DNA of 64,000 nucleotides from a virus, in the IMG/VR virus record IMGVR_UViG_3300031957_002411, positions 71,791-135,790 of that record. One strand, written 5' to 3'. Shown here in pieces: positions 47,383 to 57,605 of this stretch. A program made the position numbers and the translations under genes. The first letter of the stretch is position 1. The number at the start of each line of letters is the position of its first letter. The notes under the pieces were generated by a model. It was not told the DNA's origin and made no database searches. It saw only the letters and a list, made by a program, of their open reading frames with translations.

Positions 47383-48840
47383 TTATTTGCTAAGTACGTT
47401 GTTTTCAAGCCATTCAGCGACACTCGCTCTTGTGGCTTCAAGTTCGTCGGTTTCGTCAGAAGCATCGACAAGAGTAGCTTCAGAAGTTTCGACATCTTCC
47501 AATGCCTCTTCAGCTGCAACTTCAGCTTCAGCTTCTTCAACTTCAGCTTCTGCTTCTTCTGATCCCATTGAAGGTTTCTTAGGAACAGTAGCTTCTTCTT
47601 TATCTTCTGGTTTCACTGCGCCCTTCTTCTTCTTCATTTCCTCTACATCTTTTACAGCTGCGAGGATAGCTTCAAAAGCAGTATCGTCGAAATCTTCGTA
47701 AGAAGCGACAGCTTCATCAGCTGCTTCAGCGTCATATCCAATTTCGATGAGAGAAGCCTTTCGTTTTTCTGTGGCTTCCTTCTTCTTCATCTTGCGAAGT
47801 TCTTCCATCTTTTCCTTCATATCAGCTTCAACCTTTTCGGCTTCTGCTTGAAGTTCTGCGATGGTAGCATCCTTAGAAGCAATAGAATCTTCAAGAGCTT
47901 TAAGTTCTGCTCCTTGTTTTTCCATTCTCTTCTTCATTTCTGCTTCTTCTTCTTCTTTCTTCTTCTTTACTGTAGCCCTTTCAGTTTCAAGGGCTTCATT
48001 TGCAGATGCTAGCTCACTACGAACTTCAGCAAGCTGCTGTTCTAAAACACTGGTATCACTCATATCTGAGCCTCCTAAAGTTAATAAATCACTACTAATT
48101 GAACTAGCCCTGCTAGCGTCCAAAATTACACTTCTGGGATTAGCGGGTTTGGCAACCAAACCTTTACCCGAAAAAGAAATGTCTCGTAAAGAGCGTCCAA
48201 CCTTTTTACCCTCATACTCTCCTGTACCACCATACGCTCTTAAATGTTTTGTAAGGAAGGCCGAACCTTCGTTTCTCTCTAGTATAGATGCGGTTCCTTT
48301 TGCCTCGTCATAGAGGGAATAATCGAAACCAGCGAAAAGACATTCCATAGATACAAACCATTTGCCTTCTTCGATTTCAGCAATGATTTGATTCATGCGT
48401 TGTCTATTCTCTGCTTCAGTCCAACTATTATAAAGAACTGCCTCTGTAATAATGTCGAATTCTTTGGGAGCTTCATCAGCTTCTACCTTGTCACCGTCTC
48501 TATTAATAACATAACTACCAGTGATATGACCAATAATATCATTCTCATTATGCATCAAATTGAATTGTTTGTCTTCTGGCGTATTACGTGCTGCCCATGT
48601 TGCATCAGCTGTAAAGACATCATCGTTTTTGTTCCAGCCCGTGGACACCAAAACTGCCTTAATATAATATAAATCAACCTGCTTTGGATTAGCACTTTCT
48701 GCAAGAACTTTATCCGCAAAAGCTACAGCGTCTTCATCTCCCACTTTGCAGAGAGTTGCAGGCGCACAATAAGCCACACTTGCACTAGCTTGTACAAGAT
48801 CGGCAATACCATCAGATATTTCTTGTGGATATATTTTCAT
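47383..48840 (-). CDS. Prohead protease fused to coiled-coil scaffold
   Basis: N-terminal 'WNKNDDVF...FNLMH...IIGH...VSMEC...FSGKGLVAKPANP' protease-like domain plus acidic/Lys coiled coil; GAGGAG RBS before ATG at 48840. Confidence 0.8.
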   Translation of the reverse strand: MKIYPQEISDGIADLVQASASVAYCAPATLCKVGDEDAVAFADKVLAESANPKQVDLYYIKAVLVSTGWNKNDDVFTADATWAARNTPEDKQFNLMHNENDIIGHITGSYVINRDGDKVEADEAPKEFDIITEAVLYNSWTEAENRQRMNQIIAEIEEGKWFVSMECLFAGFDYSLYDEAKGTASILERNEGSAFLTKHLRAYGGTGEYEGKKVGRSLRDISFSGKGLVAKPANPRSVILDASRASSISSDLLTLGGSDMSDTSVLEQQLAEVRSELASANEALETERATVKKKKEEEEAEMKKRMEKQGAELKALEDSIASKDATIAELQAEAEKVEADMKEKMEELRKMKKKEATEKRKASLIEIGYDAEAADEAVASYEDFDDTAFEAILAAVKDVEEMKKKKGAVKPEDKEEATVPKKPSMGSEEAEAEVEEAEAEVAAEEALEDVETSEATLVDASDETDELEATRASVAEWLENNVLSK

Positions 48841-48859
48841 TATCACTCCTCATCAACAT

Positions 48860-48866
48860 TATACAC
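48860..48866 (-). promoter_or_regulatory. Putative late promoter motif GTGTATA(AT) (head operon)
   Basis: TTTTGTGTATAATG, 20 nt upstream of the protease start. Confidence 0.7.
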
Positions 48867-48884
48867 AAAATACAAAAATTTCCG

Positions 48885-50897
48885 CTAATAGACCATTTTG
48901 TGTTCAATATAAGAACCTATCACATGTTTTCTGTAAGTATCTATGTTCATACTCTCAATGTTAATATTCTTATCTTTTAGGTCTTCTGCAAAAGTTTTTG
49001 GCATTTTTACGTTAGAATTTAAGGAGTTAAATATAGTTGTTTCAGATACCTCATCCCCAATATTAAAATTGGTGAATACGTCTAGTTTTAGCTGTTCTAG
49101 ATCATTAAATTGACCTTTAGTTAATTGACGTAAATTTTTCTTTTTATTAACATTTAGAAAAGCCTTTGTAATCACATCAGAAACTTTGGCCCAAGATTCT
49201 TCAGCATACACAAACGCTTCAGCAACAGAGGGTGTAGATTGTGGTTTTTGTGTTCGTTTTTTTCTAGGACCATCATCTTGTTTGAATAAAGGTCTTCCCC
49301 CGTCTACGTTGACATCAGTATTCTTGTCATCTGGAGAAGGCGGTAAATCTACAGGCTTAGATGGCTTATTATCCATTTCTGATGGTTTTGGAGGTGGATG
49401 GAAAGGACCAGCTTTTTCTGGACCAATAGTGTCTCTCTTACTAAGCTCTCGTTTGATCCTAATGTTTTCAACTTGAGGTATTTCTTTAAATCTTTGCAGA
49501 AGTGTCTCATGACTGATAATGTCTCTATCTGCAAGCTGAATAAGCAAATTCTTTTCAGCAGCCTCGTCAGACAAAGACATTTGATCAAATTGTATGTGAG
49601 CTTTGTATCGAAAGCCCATAGCCTTTCTTACAATCTCAAGTTCTTTTTCCCAGAACCTTATGAGAATATCTCTACCGTATTGCAATCTTTCAACCAAAGT
49701 TTTTAGAGAGATAAAATTATTTGTAAATCCACCACCATTATTAGCCATACCCGTCAGTGTAGGTGGAACGCCAAGACCCGCATATATACTGTTAAGAACA
49801 GAAGTATACTTTTCAGAACCAAGAAACTTATGGACATCAGTGCTAGACTCCATGAAAGATAATTCTGGACCCCAAACTAATTCCATTGTTCCACCGCCAA
49901 CATTGCTAGATAGTATATCTCGTAATTTATTAATTGCGGCTTTGTTGGGAAGTATCTTGTGATCTAAGCTACCTAAAGTCCACAATCTTATGTTTGATAT
50001 AGCTCCATCGAGAGCAGACAAGTCAGCTAACCTCATCTTTTCTAGCATAATGATATCATCTAGTATGGCGTAAATCATAGGATTTGCCCATTGTCTCCAA
50101 TCGTCTTTCTTGTAGTGGAACATACAGATACGATCTGGATCTAGAGGAATGTCTTTATCACCTCTTTTTAGGCTCTGCTTGACAGGAACTGGTAGAGTTT
50201 CAAGAACATTATTTGGAATATCACCAGCGCTAAACTTATCAAAGAATGAATGTGTGGTAATTGTATAATTTTTAATACCCATAAATAAAGACAGATTTCC
50301 ATCTTTATTTTTTACAGTCAATGGATTGAAAAAATTATATCTCCAAGGTATTTCATTTTTTTTAGGGTCTGGTACTTCGACTTTAATATCGGAAGACAGA
50401 GCTTTCATGTAATTGCTAAGTTGAGGAGTAACATTAGCGTAACTTCTATAAATGATAACATTTCCAGTTTTATAAAGATTATTTAAAAATCTTTCTGATC
50501 TTTCCTTACCGTTCACATTGCGAAACCATTGTTGATAGAACTTTTCAACACTCTTGTCTCTGTGAACTATATGAATGCCCTGACTTCCGAAATCTCCCAT
50601 CAAATCAATGATATTACGAATAATTCCAACTTTTTCATATGCGTCCATGCACATTTTAATAATCCTACGCTGCTGATTAGGCACAGCCTCATCTGGTCTA
50701 AATGCATAGTAATCGTTAGCGTTAAATCCGGGCCTAACTGAGCGATTGGGTTCAATATCTATAAAGTGTCTGTAATGACTGCCTTGAGATTTACCAAGAC
50801 CAGCGTAAGAATCAACAGTGTCTGAGAATTTAGAAAAAGCCTCCGCTTTACCAGCAGAGTCTCCTTCAGACCAAGTAAACATTTCACTATCACTCAT
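48885..50897 (-). CDS. Portal protein (670 aa)
   Basis: Directly downstream of TerL; 'GIIRNIIDLMGDF', 'IYAGLGVPPTL', 'ADRDIISHETL' portal-like motifs. Confidence 0.85.
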   Translation of the reverse strand: MSDSEMFTWSEGDSAGKAEAFSKFSDTVDSYAGLGKSQGSHYRHFIDIEPNRSVRPGFNANDYYAFRPDEAVPNQQRRIIKMCMDAYEKVGIIRNIIDLMGDFGSQGIHIVHRDKSVEKFYQQWFRNVNGKERSERFLNNLYKTGNVIIYRSYANVTPQLSNYMKALSSDIKVEVPDPKKNEIPWRYNFFNPLTVKNKDGNLSLFMGIKNYTITTHSFFDKFSAGDIPNNVLETLPVPVKQSLKRGDKDIPLDPDRICMFHYKKDDWRQWANPMIYAILDDIIMLEKMRLADLSALDGAISNIRLWTLGSLDHKILPNKAAINKLRDILSSNVGGGTMELVWGPELSFMESSTDVHKFLGSEKYTSVLNSIYAGLGVPPTLTGMANNGGGFTNNFISLKTLVERLQYGRDILIRFWEKELEIVRKAMGFRYKAHIQFDQMSLSDEAAEKNLLIQLADRDIISHETLLQRFKEIPQVENIRIKRELSKRDTIGPEKAGPFHPPPKPSEMDNKPSKPVDLPPSPDDKNTDVNVDGGRPLFKQDDGPRKKRTQKPQSTPSVAEAFVYAEESWAKVSDVITKAFLNVNKKKNLRQLTKGQFNDLEQLKLDVFTNFNIGDEVSETTIFNSLNSNVKMPKTFAEDLKDKNINIESMNIDTYRKHVIGSYIEHKMVY

Positions 50898-50935
50898 AAT
50901 TTAACCTCAATCGGATTGTAATTGGATTATACTTA

Positions 50936-52912
50936 TCAATACACATTTTTCATGTTATCAGCGAACCAACTAGGTCCATTGTACAGCTTTTCATCGGTTT
51001 TTTGTTTATGACCACCAGTTGCGAAACCACCATAAAATTCATATTCAGCTTGTGTAGGAGTTCTCTGTAAAACTCTAGCAGACATGTTAGCCATTAGAAG
51101 TGCAGAGTATCTATCTTTACGCATTTTACTCTTTCTGCCAGTTCCCACAACGACCTGTGGGGTATCCCATCTATCTCTGCCTGAAGTTGTTTGTGTCATC
51201 TGTATCATAGAAAGTTCATCTTTCAACTCTTCTATGTCTAGAACGCACTCTTCTAGAGTATCAAACATTCTAGCCTTAGTATTATCCTCATGTTCTGATA
51301 TTGTAAAAGTCAAAGGATCGAAAGCTGGAAACAGTAAAGCTTTATCTTCAAAGTCTTTTCTAAGACCGTGATTCGCTTCTGACAGCCAATCATACTTAGC
51401 GAACTGGCACATTTCCAATATGTGTAACCCTCTCTCTCCGTCTGTATCTTTTTCTTTATTGTCGTCTATGACAGGCCAGATTGGTATTTCACCGTCTTTA
51501 ATTTTATCATTATCATGAAGAGACTCCATTACAGCAACGCCACCACCTTGAGCATCCATAGCTATATGTATACATGGAAATAGTTTCATCAAGTCTCTAA
51601 TTTTTCTAGCGCAGTAGGAGTAAAAATCAGATTCTGAAGAATAACCTTTCTTAACTTTTTCTTTATGTTCAGACCTAGTTGTAGTCCAGCAGTGAACAAT
51701 TCTTCTATGGTTTGCATTTACCTCTAGTACTACAATGCTAAAATTATCTACTTCAGATGCTGGGTCAACTCCAAATATATATTTTTTATCTTTATCACCC
51801 ATAAGCACTGCTTCAAAATTTATGACATCTCCATTAGAATTTTTTATTTCGTCCTCTTGACCAACAACACAAGATTCTATAAGTGATCGTTTAAAAAATC
51901 CTTGGCTATCCCGTGTAAAGCAAGCTCCATATTCCATTTGATAAATACCAGTGTGGACGGTTGCTTTTGATCTAGCAACTTGGTCTGCATCCATGAATCC
52001 TTTAGGTAAAAGTTCATACGGCACACGTATAATTGAATACTGAGTCCAATCAAAATTTTCTGGAGGGTCTTCGCCAAAAACCTCTCTTAACTTAGATAGC
52101 TCACCTCGACTTTTTATAATAGATTTCCATTTTTTCCAATAAGTTGCAAAATGATTAAAATCATAATAAGCTGTTCCTGATAAAACAATCTGATTATCTT
52201 TTTTAACTTCTTGTATTTCGCTGTTCAGTTCAATTCCCAGTTCTTTAGCCTTTTCTTCAGCAGCCATACGTTTTACATTTTCTACTGGGTTAGAGCTAAC
52301 AGCTGCAAAACCAGCTACAACATTTTCAAATATTTCTCTAGGTATAGACGCAAATTCGTCAGCGATAATGTCATTAGCACGTTGACCTCTGATCTTTTGT
52401 CCATCACCAAGAGGTAGGCAAGTGACTGTACTATCATTTAATCGTAACGTACATCTATCAGTATCTCTTCTTGGTCCACTATCCCCATCGCATATATCTC
52501 TTAACATAGGAGAGTTTCGCCATATTGTTTCCATGTATTCAAACAAAACCTTAGACTGTCTGAATGCAGCACCAACAATTACAATCTTACGTTGTGGCAA
52601 TATTAAAGCCCTTAATATAGCATATAAAGAAAGCATGAAAGACTTACCAAAACCTCGACTAGCAATTAACATTGGAAATTTACGTTCCCATACTTCTTTA
52701 AGAACAAGACTTTGAGATGGCAATAATTGGATATTTAGTATGTGATGACAAAAGAATGATAAATATTCTGGCTTAGTCATCAACCAAGCTAAGTGTAGAT
52801 TGAAATCATCGCTTTGAATATTTAACACGCTCATTGGATTAAATAAATCTGATTCTACAGAATCTAATCCTAGCCACGCTTCGTCAATTTTTTTTAGTTT
52901 AGCTTCTGCCAT
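50936..52912 (-). CDS. terL: Terminase large subunit
   Basis: Walker A 'ASRGFGKS', 'RGQRAN' and Walker B 'IIADEF', motif III 'LSGT', nuclease 'FGVDPAS' and 'KDRYSA'. Confidence 0.93.
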   Translation of the reverse strand: MAEAKLKKIDEAWLGLDSVESDLFNPMSVLNIQSDDFNLHLAWLMTKPEYLSFFCHHILNIQLLPSQSLVLKEVWERKFPMLIASRGFGKSFMLSLYAILRALILPQRKIVIVGAAFRQSKVLFEYMETIWRNSPMLRDICDGDSGPRRDTDRCTLRLNDSTVTCLPLGDGQKIRGQRANDIIADEFASIPREIFENVVAGFAAVSSNPVENVKRMAAEEKAKELGIELNSEIQEVKKDNQIVLSGTAYYDFNHFATYWKKWKSIIKSRGELSKLREVFGEDPPENFDWTQYSIIRVPYELLPKGFMDADQVARSKATVHTGIYQMEYGACFTRDSQGFFKRSLIESCVVGQEDEIKNSNGDVINFEAVLMGDKDKKYIFGVDPASEVDNFSIVVLEVNANHRRIVHCWTTTRSEHKEKVKKGYSSESDFYSYCARKIRDLMKLFPCIHIAMDAQGGGVAVMESLHDNDKIKDGEIPIWPVIDDNKEKDTDGERGLHILEMCQFAKYDWLSEANHGLRKDFEDKALLFPAFDPLTFTISEHEDNTKARMFDTLEECVLDIEELKDELSMIQMTQTTSGRDRWDTPQVVVGTGRKSKMRKDRYSALLMANMSARVLQRTPTQAEYEFYGGFATGGHKQKTDEKLYNGPSWFADNMKNVY

Positions 52913-53541
52913 GAGTCTATAATCCTATCTGCAAAACCATAGTGTACAGCGTCTTCTGCATTTAAATACCAATCTCCAGATTTTAATTTTCTTAACAAGA
53001 ATGTTTTCACTTTTTCCACATCTGGACTACTACCATATTTTTCTTTAAAGAATTTACCACCTATGCAACTTTGTGCATATATATCTATCATCATATCACA
53101 TATATATTTTTCGTACTTAACCCAATTTTGAACACTTAGGTATTCTCCGCTAGCTCCTGTAGATCCATAATGAGACATAAAATAAGTGTTTGGTGTTATA
53201 AGTCGTCTGTCAGCTGCTTGAAATATTATACTACTCATAGACTCTGCTTGACCATAAGCTATAATTGTAACATGACATCTTGACATTTGTATAGCATCAT
53301 AAATTGCCATACCATCCGACCATTCTCCACCAACACTCTGCATGTGTATCATTATTGGTTTGTCAGACTTTATTTCTAAAGCCCTAATGTTTTTAAGAAA
53401 ATTGTTTGACATCTTATATTCTACACCCGGATTGTCTTCATCATTAGTTCCGTAGTAGTTGTGCAAGAATATCTCTCTTGTGTCTATATTTGCTCCGTAG
53501 TTATGAAGATCATACAACAGGTCTTTATCTGCGTTGTTCAT
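52894..53541 (-). CDS. clpP: ClpP-like serine protease
   Basis: 'SVGGEWSDGMAIYDAI', catalytic Ser in 'AESMS', His in 'FMSH', 'DWYLNAEDAVHYGFADRI'. Confidence 0.85.
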   Translation of the reverse strand: MNNADKDLLYDLHNYGANIDTREIFLHNYYGTNDEDNPGVEYKMSNNFLKNIRALEIKSDKPIMIHMQSVGGEWSDGMAIYDAIQMSRCHVTIIAYGQAESMSSIIFQAADRRLITPNTYFMSHYGSTGASGEYLSVQNWVKYEKYICDMMIDIYAQSCIGGKFFKEKYGSSPDVEKVKTFLLRKLKSGDWYLNAEDAVHYGFADRIIDSWQKLN

Positions 53542-54041
53542 GTCTTCCTCCCTATAGTATACATTTCATTAATCCTTTTGAAAATACTACTTACAGCTAA
53601 AAATGCTGTCCGTTTATCACCACAAAATAAAACATGTACATTATTATACAATTCAAATTCTACTAAACATTTTAACATATATCTTCCCGTTATTTTAACA
53701 GAAGCTTTGTTTTTAATTGGTATCCTTGTTTCTTCTGGAAACTTAAGTAAATCATCTAAAGAAAATTCTAACACCAAAAACTTAAATGGAAAACTTTCCA
53801 TCCTAGCTATCTCATTCATAAAGGTTCGTTTTTTAGAACCTAAGTTTATTGCTAACTCTTCTACACATCCTTTTCTTTCAACACATATCTTGTCTTCTAG
53901 TCCTTGAATAGAATAATCACCAGTATCTAGCTTTTGATCAACCATACCAGCGCAGGTATTAAACTTGCTAAAATAATATCCGTCTTGCTCACGGGTATCT
54001 TTAATAACTGTAAAGTCAGGAGCCTTTTTGTATTTTGCCAT
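53538..54041 (-). CDS. ERCC4-domain nuclease
   Basis: 'DTREQ', 'LDTGDYSI', 'VERKG..EL' motifs. Confidence 0.85.
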   Translation of the reverse strand: MAKYKKAPDFTVIKDTREQDGYYFSKFNTCAGMVDQKLDTGDYSIQGLEDKICVERKGCVEELAINLGSKKRTFMNEIARMESFPFKFLVLEFSLDDLLKFPEETRIPIKNKASVKITGRYMLKCLVEFELYNNVHVLFCGDKRTAFLAVSSIFKRINEMYTIGRKT

Positions 54042-54297
54042 TATTTATTTCTCTGAATAATGTTTCGTAGTGGGTTTCTTTTCCTGTTATATTTTTATGA
54101 CATTTCTTACACAGTGTTATTCCATTAGACGGTTCATACCTTAGAGAAGAAGCGCCAGCCCAAGTTTGTATATGATGTACGTTTAAGTTCTTTTTCGATT
54201 TGCAGTTTGGCATTTGACATTTGAATTTATCTCTTTTTAAAACGTCTATTCTAAATTTTTTATAATTTGGATCATTATAGTCTCTTCTCATAAGCAC
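54016..54297 (-). CDS. HNH endonuclease (possibly packaging-associated)
   Basis: 'RDKFKCQMPNC...VHHI...NGITLCKKCH'. Confidence 0.85.
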   Translation of the reverse strand: MLMRRDYNDPNYKKFRIDVLKRDKFKCQMPNCKSKKNLNVHHIQTWAGASSLRYEPSNGITLCKKCHKNITGKETHYETLFREINNGKIQKGS

Positions 54298-54536
54298 TCT
54301 ACTTTGTCTATTCTCATAAGCCTTCTTACTTTTCTACAAAATATTCTAGTTTCTATGTCATTGCTTTGTCTAATTAAAGACCTCATTAATCTTATCATTA
54401 TCTCATAACATGCTTGATCTGCATTTTCTGATTCTAGTATGTAAAGTAAAAAAGGTGAGTTAAATTCACGCAGACCGTATCTGTCCAGTTTTGGATATAA
54501 ATCTACTAAGTCTAGTGATACTCTATAGTTTGGCAT
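54288..54536 (-). CDS. Hypothetical protein (82 aa)
   Basis: Overlap-coupled with both neighbours. Confidence 0.65.
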   Translation of the reverse strand: MPNYRVSLDLVDLYPKLDRYGLREFNSPFLLYILESENADQACYEIMIRLMRSLIRQSNDIETRIFCRKVRRLMRIDKVECL

Positions 54537-55509
54537 TGATCATTAATTTTATTAAACCTTGTAGGTCGTGCTTTGGTTTCCATCCAAGAACATTATTTGC
54601 CTTACTGCAATCACCTCTTAGATAATCTACTTCACATGGTCTGAAGAATTCAGGGTCTATAACTACATAATCCCTCCAGTTAGGAATGTTTACATAATCA
54701 AAAGACATATTTAAAAAATCTTCTATAGTATGTGTAGTGCCAGTGCATATAACGTAATCATCAGCTTGTTCTTGTTGTAACATCATCCACATAGCTTCCA
54801 CGTAATCTCCAGCATATCCCCAATCTCTAAAAGCTTTTAAATTACCTAATCTTAATTTAGGAAAATCTTTTGATTTTCCACTTTTTAAGAAATCACAAAT
54901 CCATTTAATTATTTTCTGCGTGACAAAGTTCTCACCCCTTCTTGGTCCTTCGTGATTAAATAGAATACCAGCACTAGCGTGAATGTTGTAAGCGTCCCTA
55001 AATAGACGAACGCTGTAATGAGCAGCGCACTTGCTGATTGCATAAGGTGAGTTAGGCATGAATTTAGTTTGTTCATTTTGGTATTTACCTCCATTATCAT
55101 CAACGTCGTAAGAACTACCAAACATCTCGCTAGAGGATGCTTGATAAAATTTAATATGGTTCATTTTCAAATCTACCAAGGACTGTAGAAGGTTTAGGCA
55201 ACCTTTACCAGTTATATCCCATGTTAGTCCCGGCTGCTTAAAAGAACTTGCTACATGCGACTGTGCTGCTAAATTATAGACTTCATCTACATTATCGTTA
55301 TCTTTAAATACATTCATGACACTACTGGTATCGGTAATGTCTCCCTCGACTAATTTGAATTTATCATTACGAGACAGATGACTAATTCGTTCCGTAGTGT
55401 CTACGCTACATCTTCTAGACACTCCAACAACTTCATAATTTTTCTCAAGAAGTAAGTCCGCTAGATGGCTTCCGTCTTGACCAGTAATTCCTGTTATGAT
55501 TGCTTTCAT
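54523..55509 (-). CDS. gmd: GDP-mannose 4,6-dehydratase
   Basis: 'ITGITGQDGSHLA', 'YNLAAQSHV', 'YQASSSEMFG', 'SPYAISK', 'LFNHEGPRRGENFVTQKI', 'RDWGYAGDYVEAMW'. Confidence 0.95.
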   Translation of the reverse strand: MKAIITGITGQDGSHLADLLLEKNYEVVGVSRRCSVDTTERISHLSRNDKFKLVEGDITDTSSVMNVFKDNDNVDEVYNLAAQSHVASSFKQPGLTWDITGKGCLNLLQSLVDLKMNHIKFYQASSSEMFGSSYDVDDNGGKYQNEQTKFMPNSPYAISKCAAHYSVRLFRDAYNIHASAGILFNHEGPRRGENFVTQKIIKWICDFLKSGKSKDFPKLRLGNLKAFRDWGYAGDYVEAMWMMLQQEQADDYVICTGTTHTIEDFLNMSFDYVNIPNWRDYVVIDPEFFRPCEVDYLRGDCSKANNVLGWKPKHDLQGLIKLMINAKL

Positions 55510-55518
55510 TTTTAGTCC

Positions 55519-56256
55519 TTAATAAATACTTGATATATGTAACTTATTTTCCTCATGTAGAATTTTGTGTTTGTAATGCTTACTTTGCTTGCCATGCCAA
55601 GATGCCATAGCTATGTGAACACAGATAGTATCTTTAGATTTGTGCTTATTGGTGTTAAAGTAATTATACCCAGAATCTACAAAAGCGCCCTTTGCTTCTA
55701 AACATTTTATTAGAGTTGATTGTGGGAAATTTTTTTGCTTATTATCATTACAGCCAGCCCAAGACATTAATCCACCCGTATAAAACTGTGGCGTGGGTCT
55801 AAAATTGCCCTTGCAATTAACAAATATAGATTCAGATATTTCTGAGCTGCCCTGCTCCATTCCAAATATACCATTAGTAATCCACTGAGCGCCGGGGACG
55901 GGTATTGTGAGGAAAAGCCTCTTCTCGAATATCTCGTCGGGGAATGGCTTGTAGGCAAGTATGTCGCTATCTACATACAGACCGCCAAACTTGCTGACAA
56001 TGGCTAGTCGATATATATCAGACATAAATACATTAGCTTTATTAGAATTTTCTGGAAATCGTGATTTAAGTATATTTATACCCCGTAGCGCATTTTCGCT
56101 GATTACTGCATTTAAATAGTCTATATCGTCATACGTCCATAGTTTATGTTCCATCGAAGGATTCATGGATCTCATCTTCTTGATGCATTCAACAACCGTT
56201 TCAGGCATCAGCTTGCTTCTATCAAGCCATATTTGATGTATAATTTTTGGTATCAT
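55519..56256 (-). CDS. Glycosyltransferase, GT32/OCH1-like DxD family
   Basis: 'MIPKIIHQIW', 'SDIYRL.....GGLYVDSD', 'H....SW'. Confidence 0.85.
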   Translation of the reverse strand: MIPKIIHQIWLDRSKLMPETVVECIKKMRSMNPSMEHKLWTYDDIDYLNAVISENALRGINILKSRFPENSNKANVFMSDIYRLAIVSKFGGLYVDSDILAYKPFPDEIFEKRLFLTIPVPGAQWITNGIFGMEQGSSEISESIFVNCKGNFRPTPQFYTGGLMSWAGCNDNKQKNFPQSTLIKCLEAKGAFVDSGYNYFNTNKHKSKDTICVHIAMASWHGKQSKHYKHKILHEENKLHISSIY

Positions 56257-56903
56257 TGGATGATATCCTTGTATCTGCCTTTTTGATGAAATCTTTTCAC
56301 CTTATGATTTCTTATAGTAGAAAAATCGTCTAGTTGAAAAGTATATTCCCTTGATGTAACATATGGTTTACTCTTATCGCCAAAGTGTGTTAATGTGTGA
56401 TCTAGGCTTCTGTATAGGTGATCTTTTCTTGTAAGAGTCCAAATAAGTTGATGTCTCCACAGTGTTAGATTTTTAAGTATAAGAAATTGATTACAGTATG
56501 GCTTTTGTTTTACTCTTATCAAGTTTATAGTTTTATCATCTTCTTTATTCATATCTTCTGCGCTTCTTTTCTTCTCTGAACAATAATGATGGAAAGATAA
56601 AATGTCAAAATCAGTTTCATCTATCTGAGGTTTTAATGTAGGTAGATCTGTTAGCAGCTGCCTTCTAAAAACCACATCGTCCTCACATATTGCCACAGTC
56701 TCTTGTTTTTTCTTGATAGCTGTATAAATTACATTCAGCCAACTTAATTTATTACCATCAGTTCCTTTACTTCTTTTGATTGCTGGGTATCTCTTAAACT
56801 CAGAGTTCATTCCTTTAAATTGTTTTGTGACACTCTCTAGCCTGTCTTCTCTCTCGTCTAAATTAACCACATATATCTCATCTACTAAATCATTGAGATT
56901 CAT
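56253..56903 (-). CDS. Glycosyltransferase, GT25-like
   Basis: 'IYVVNLDEREDRL...KRYPAI...ICEDDV'. Confidence 0.75.
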   Translation of the reverse strand: MNLNDLVDEIYVVNLDEREDRLESVTKQFKGMNSEFKRYPAIKRSKGTDGNKLSWLNVIYTAIKKKQETVAICEDDVVFRRQLLTDLPTLKPQIDETDFDILSFHHYCSEKKRSAEDMNKEDDKTINLIRVKQKPYCNQFLILKNLTLWRHQLIWTLTRKDHLYRSLDHTLTHFGDKSKPYVTSREYTFQLDDFSTIRNHKVKRFHQKGRYKDIIQ

Positions 56904-57511
56904 CTTTCGTACCCAAACAATTCAAAATCTTCTTTGTATAGATTATAAACTATATCTTTAGTTTTCTGATTATACATGTCCATAGGATTTATATTTTTGG
57001 TGCTAATTGTTTTTGAATATTTATACTTTACTTTTATTCCAATCTCTTCCGCTTCATTGTTGAGATTCTCTTGTCTTAGTATATGATCTACTTTATAACT
57101 CTCTAAGTTTGTGTAAAAATGTTGTGGAGAGAAATGACTGACAGAATACCCTCTCCTTAGATTGTGGTTTATACTTGATTCTAAATGTCCAGCAACAAAA
57201 TCCTCGAATGTGTGTTTTTTAGATTTCCCATTATAATAGTAACATGAAAGTATACGTTCGTAAGGTCTTCTGACAGTGGTTATTGTTTGGTACTTATCAA
57301 ATGGGATATCTAATATTTTATATAAACGTAGATCCGCATGTTGTAGATAAATTTTATACTCTTTATCCAATCCGAACATTATGTCTCTATCTGCTACTTT
57401 TGCTATTAATTTTTTATCAGGTAAATAAGTATCTCTTAACGTATGTTCTAAAGAAGTTCCTCCTGTCTTGCCGGGATGTAATAATATTATTTTTTTATTT
57501 TCTATTTTCAT
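56900..57511 (-). CDS. Sulfotransferase (Sulfotransfer_2/carbohydrate sulfotransferase-like)
   Basis: 5'-PSB 'HPGKTGGTS', 3'-PB 'VRRPYERILSCY', C-terminal 'YKEDFELFGY'. Confidence 0.85.
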   Translation of the reverse strand: MKIENKKIILLHPGKTGGTSLEHTLRDTYLPDKKLIAKVADRDIMFGLDKEYKIYLQHADLRLYKILDIPFDKYQTITTVRRPYERILSCYYYNGKSKKHTFEDFVAGHLESSINHNLRRGYSVSHFSPQHFYTNLESYKVDHILRQENLNNEAEEIGIKVKYKYSKTISTKNINPMDMYNQKTKDIVYNLYKEDFELFGYER

Positions 57512-57605
57512 TCTTGTTTACTAACCTATAGAATAGATAACAAACGCTTAAATCTACTAAAAGAACAACAGACCAACAAATAAGTATGCTAGGCAATTGC
57601 TGCAT
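57495..57605 (-). CDS. Putative 36-aa single-TM protein MQQLPSILICWSVVLLVDLSVCYLFYRLVNKNENRK (not in track)
   Basis: AGGAGGAGG RBS; fills the only gap in the glycan block and overlaps both neighbours. Confidence 0.55.
   Translation of the reverse strand: MQQLPSILICWSVVLLVDLSVCYLFYRLVNKNENRK

Noticed and set aside
50936-52912. Intein or intron in terL, portal or MCP
   Set aside because: Sizes are ordinary, motifs are contiguous, and no intein C/HN ends or LAGLIDADG motifs were seen
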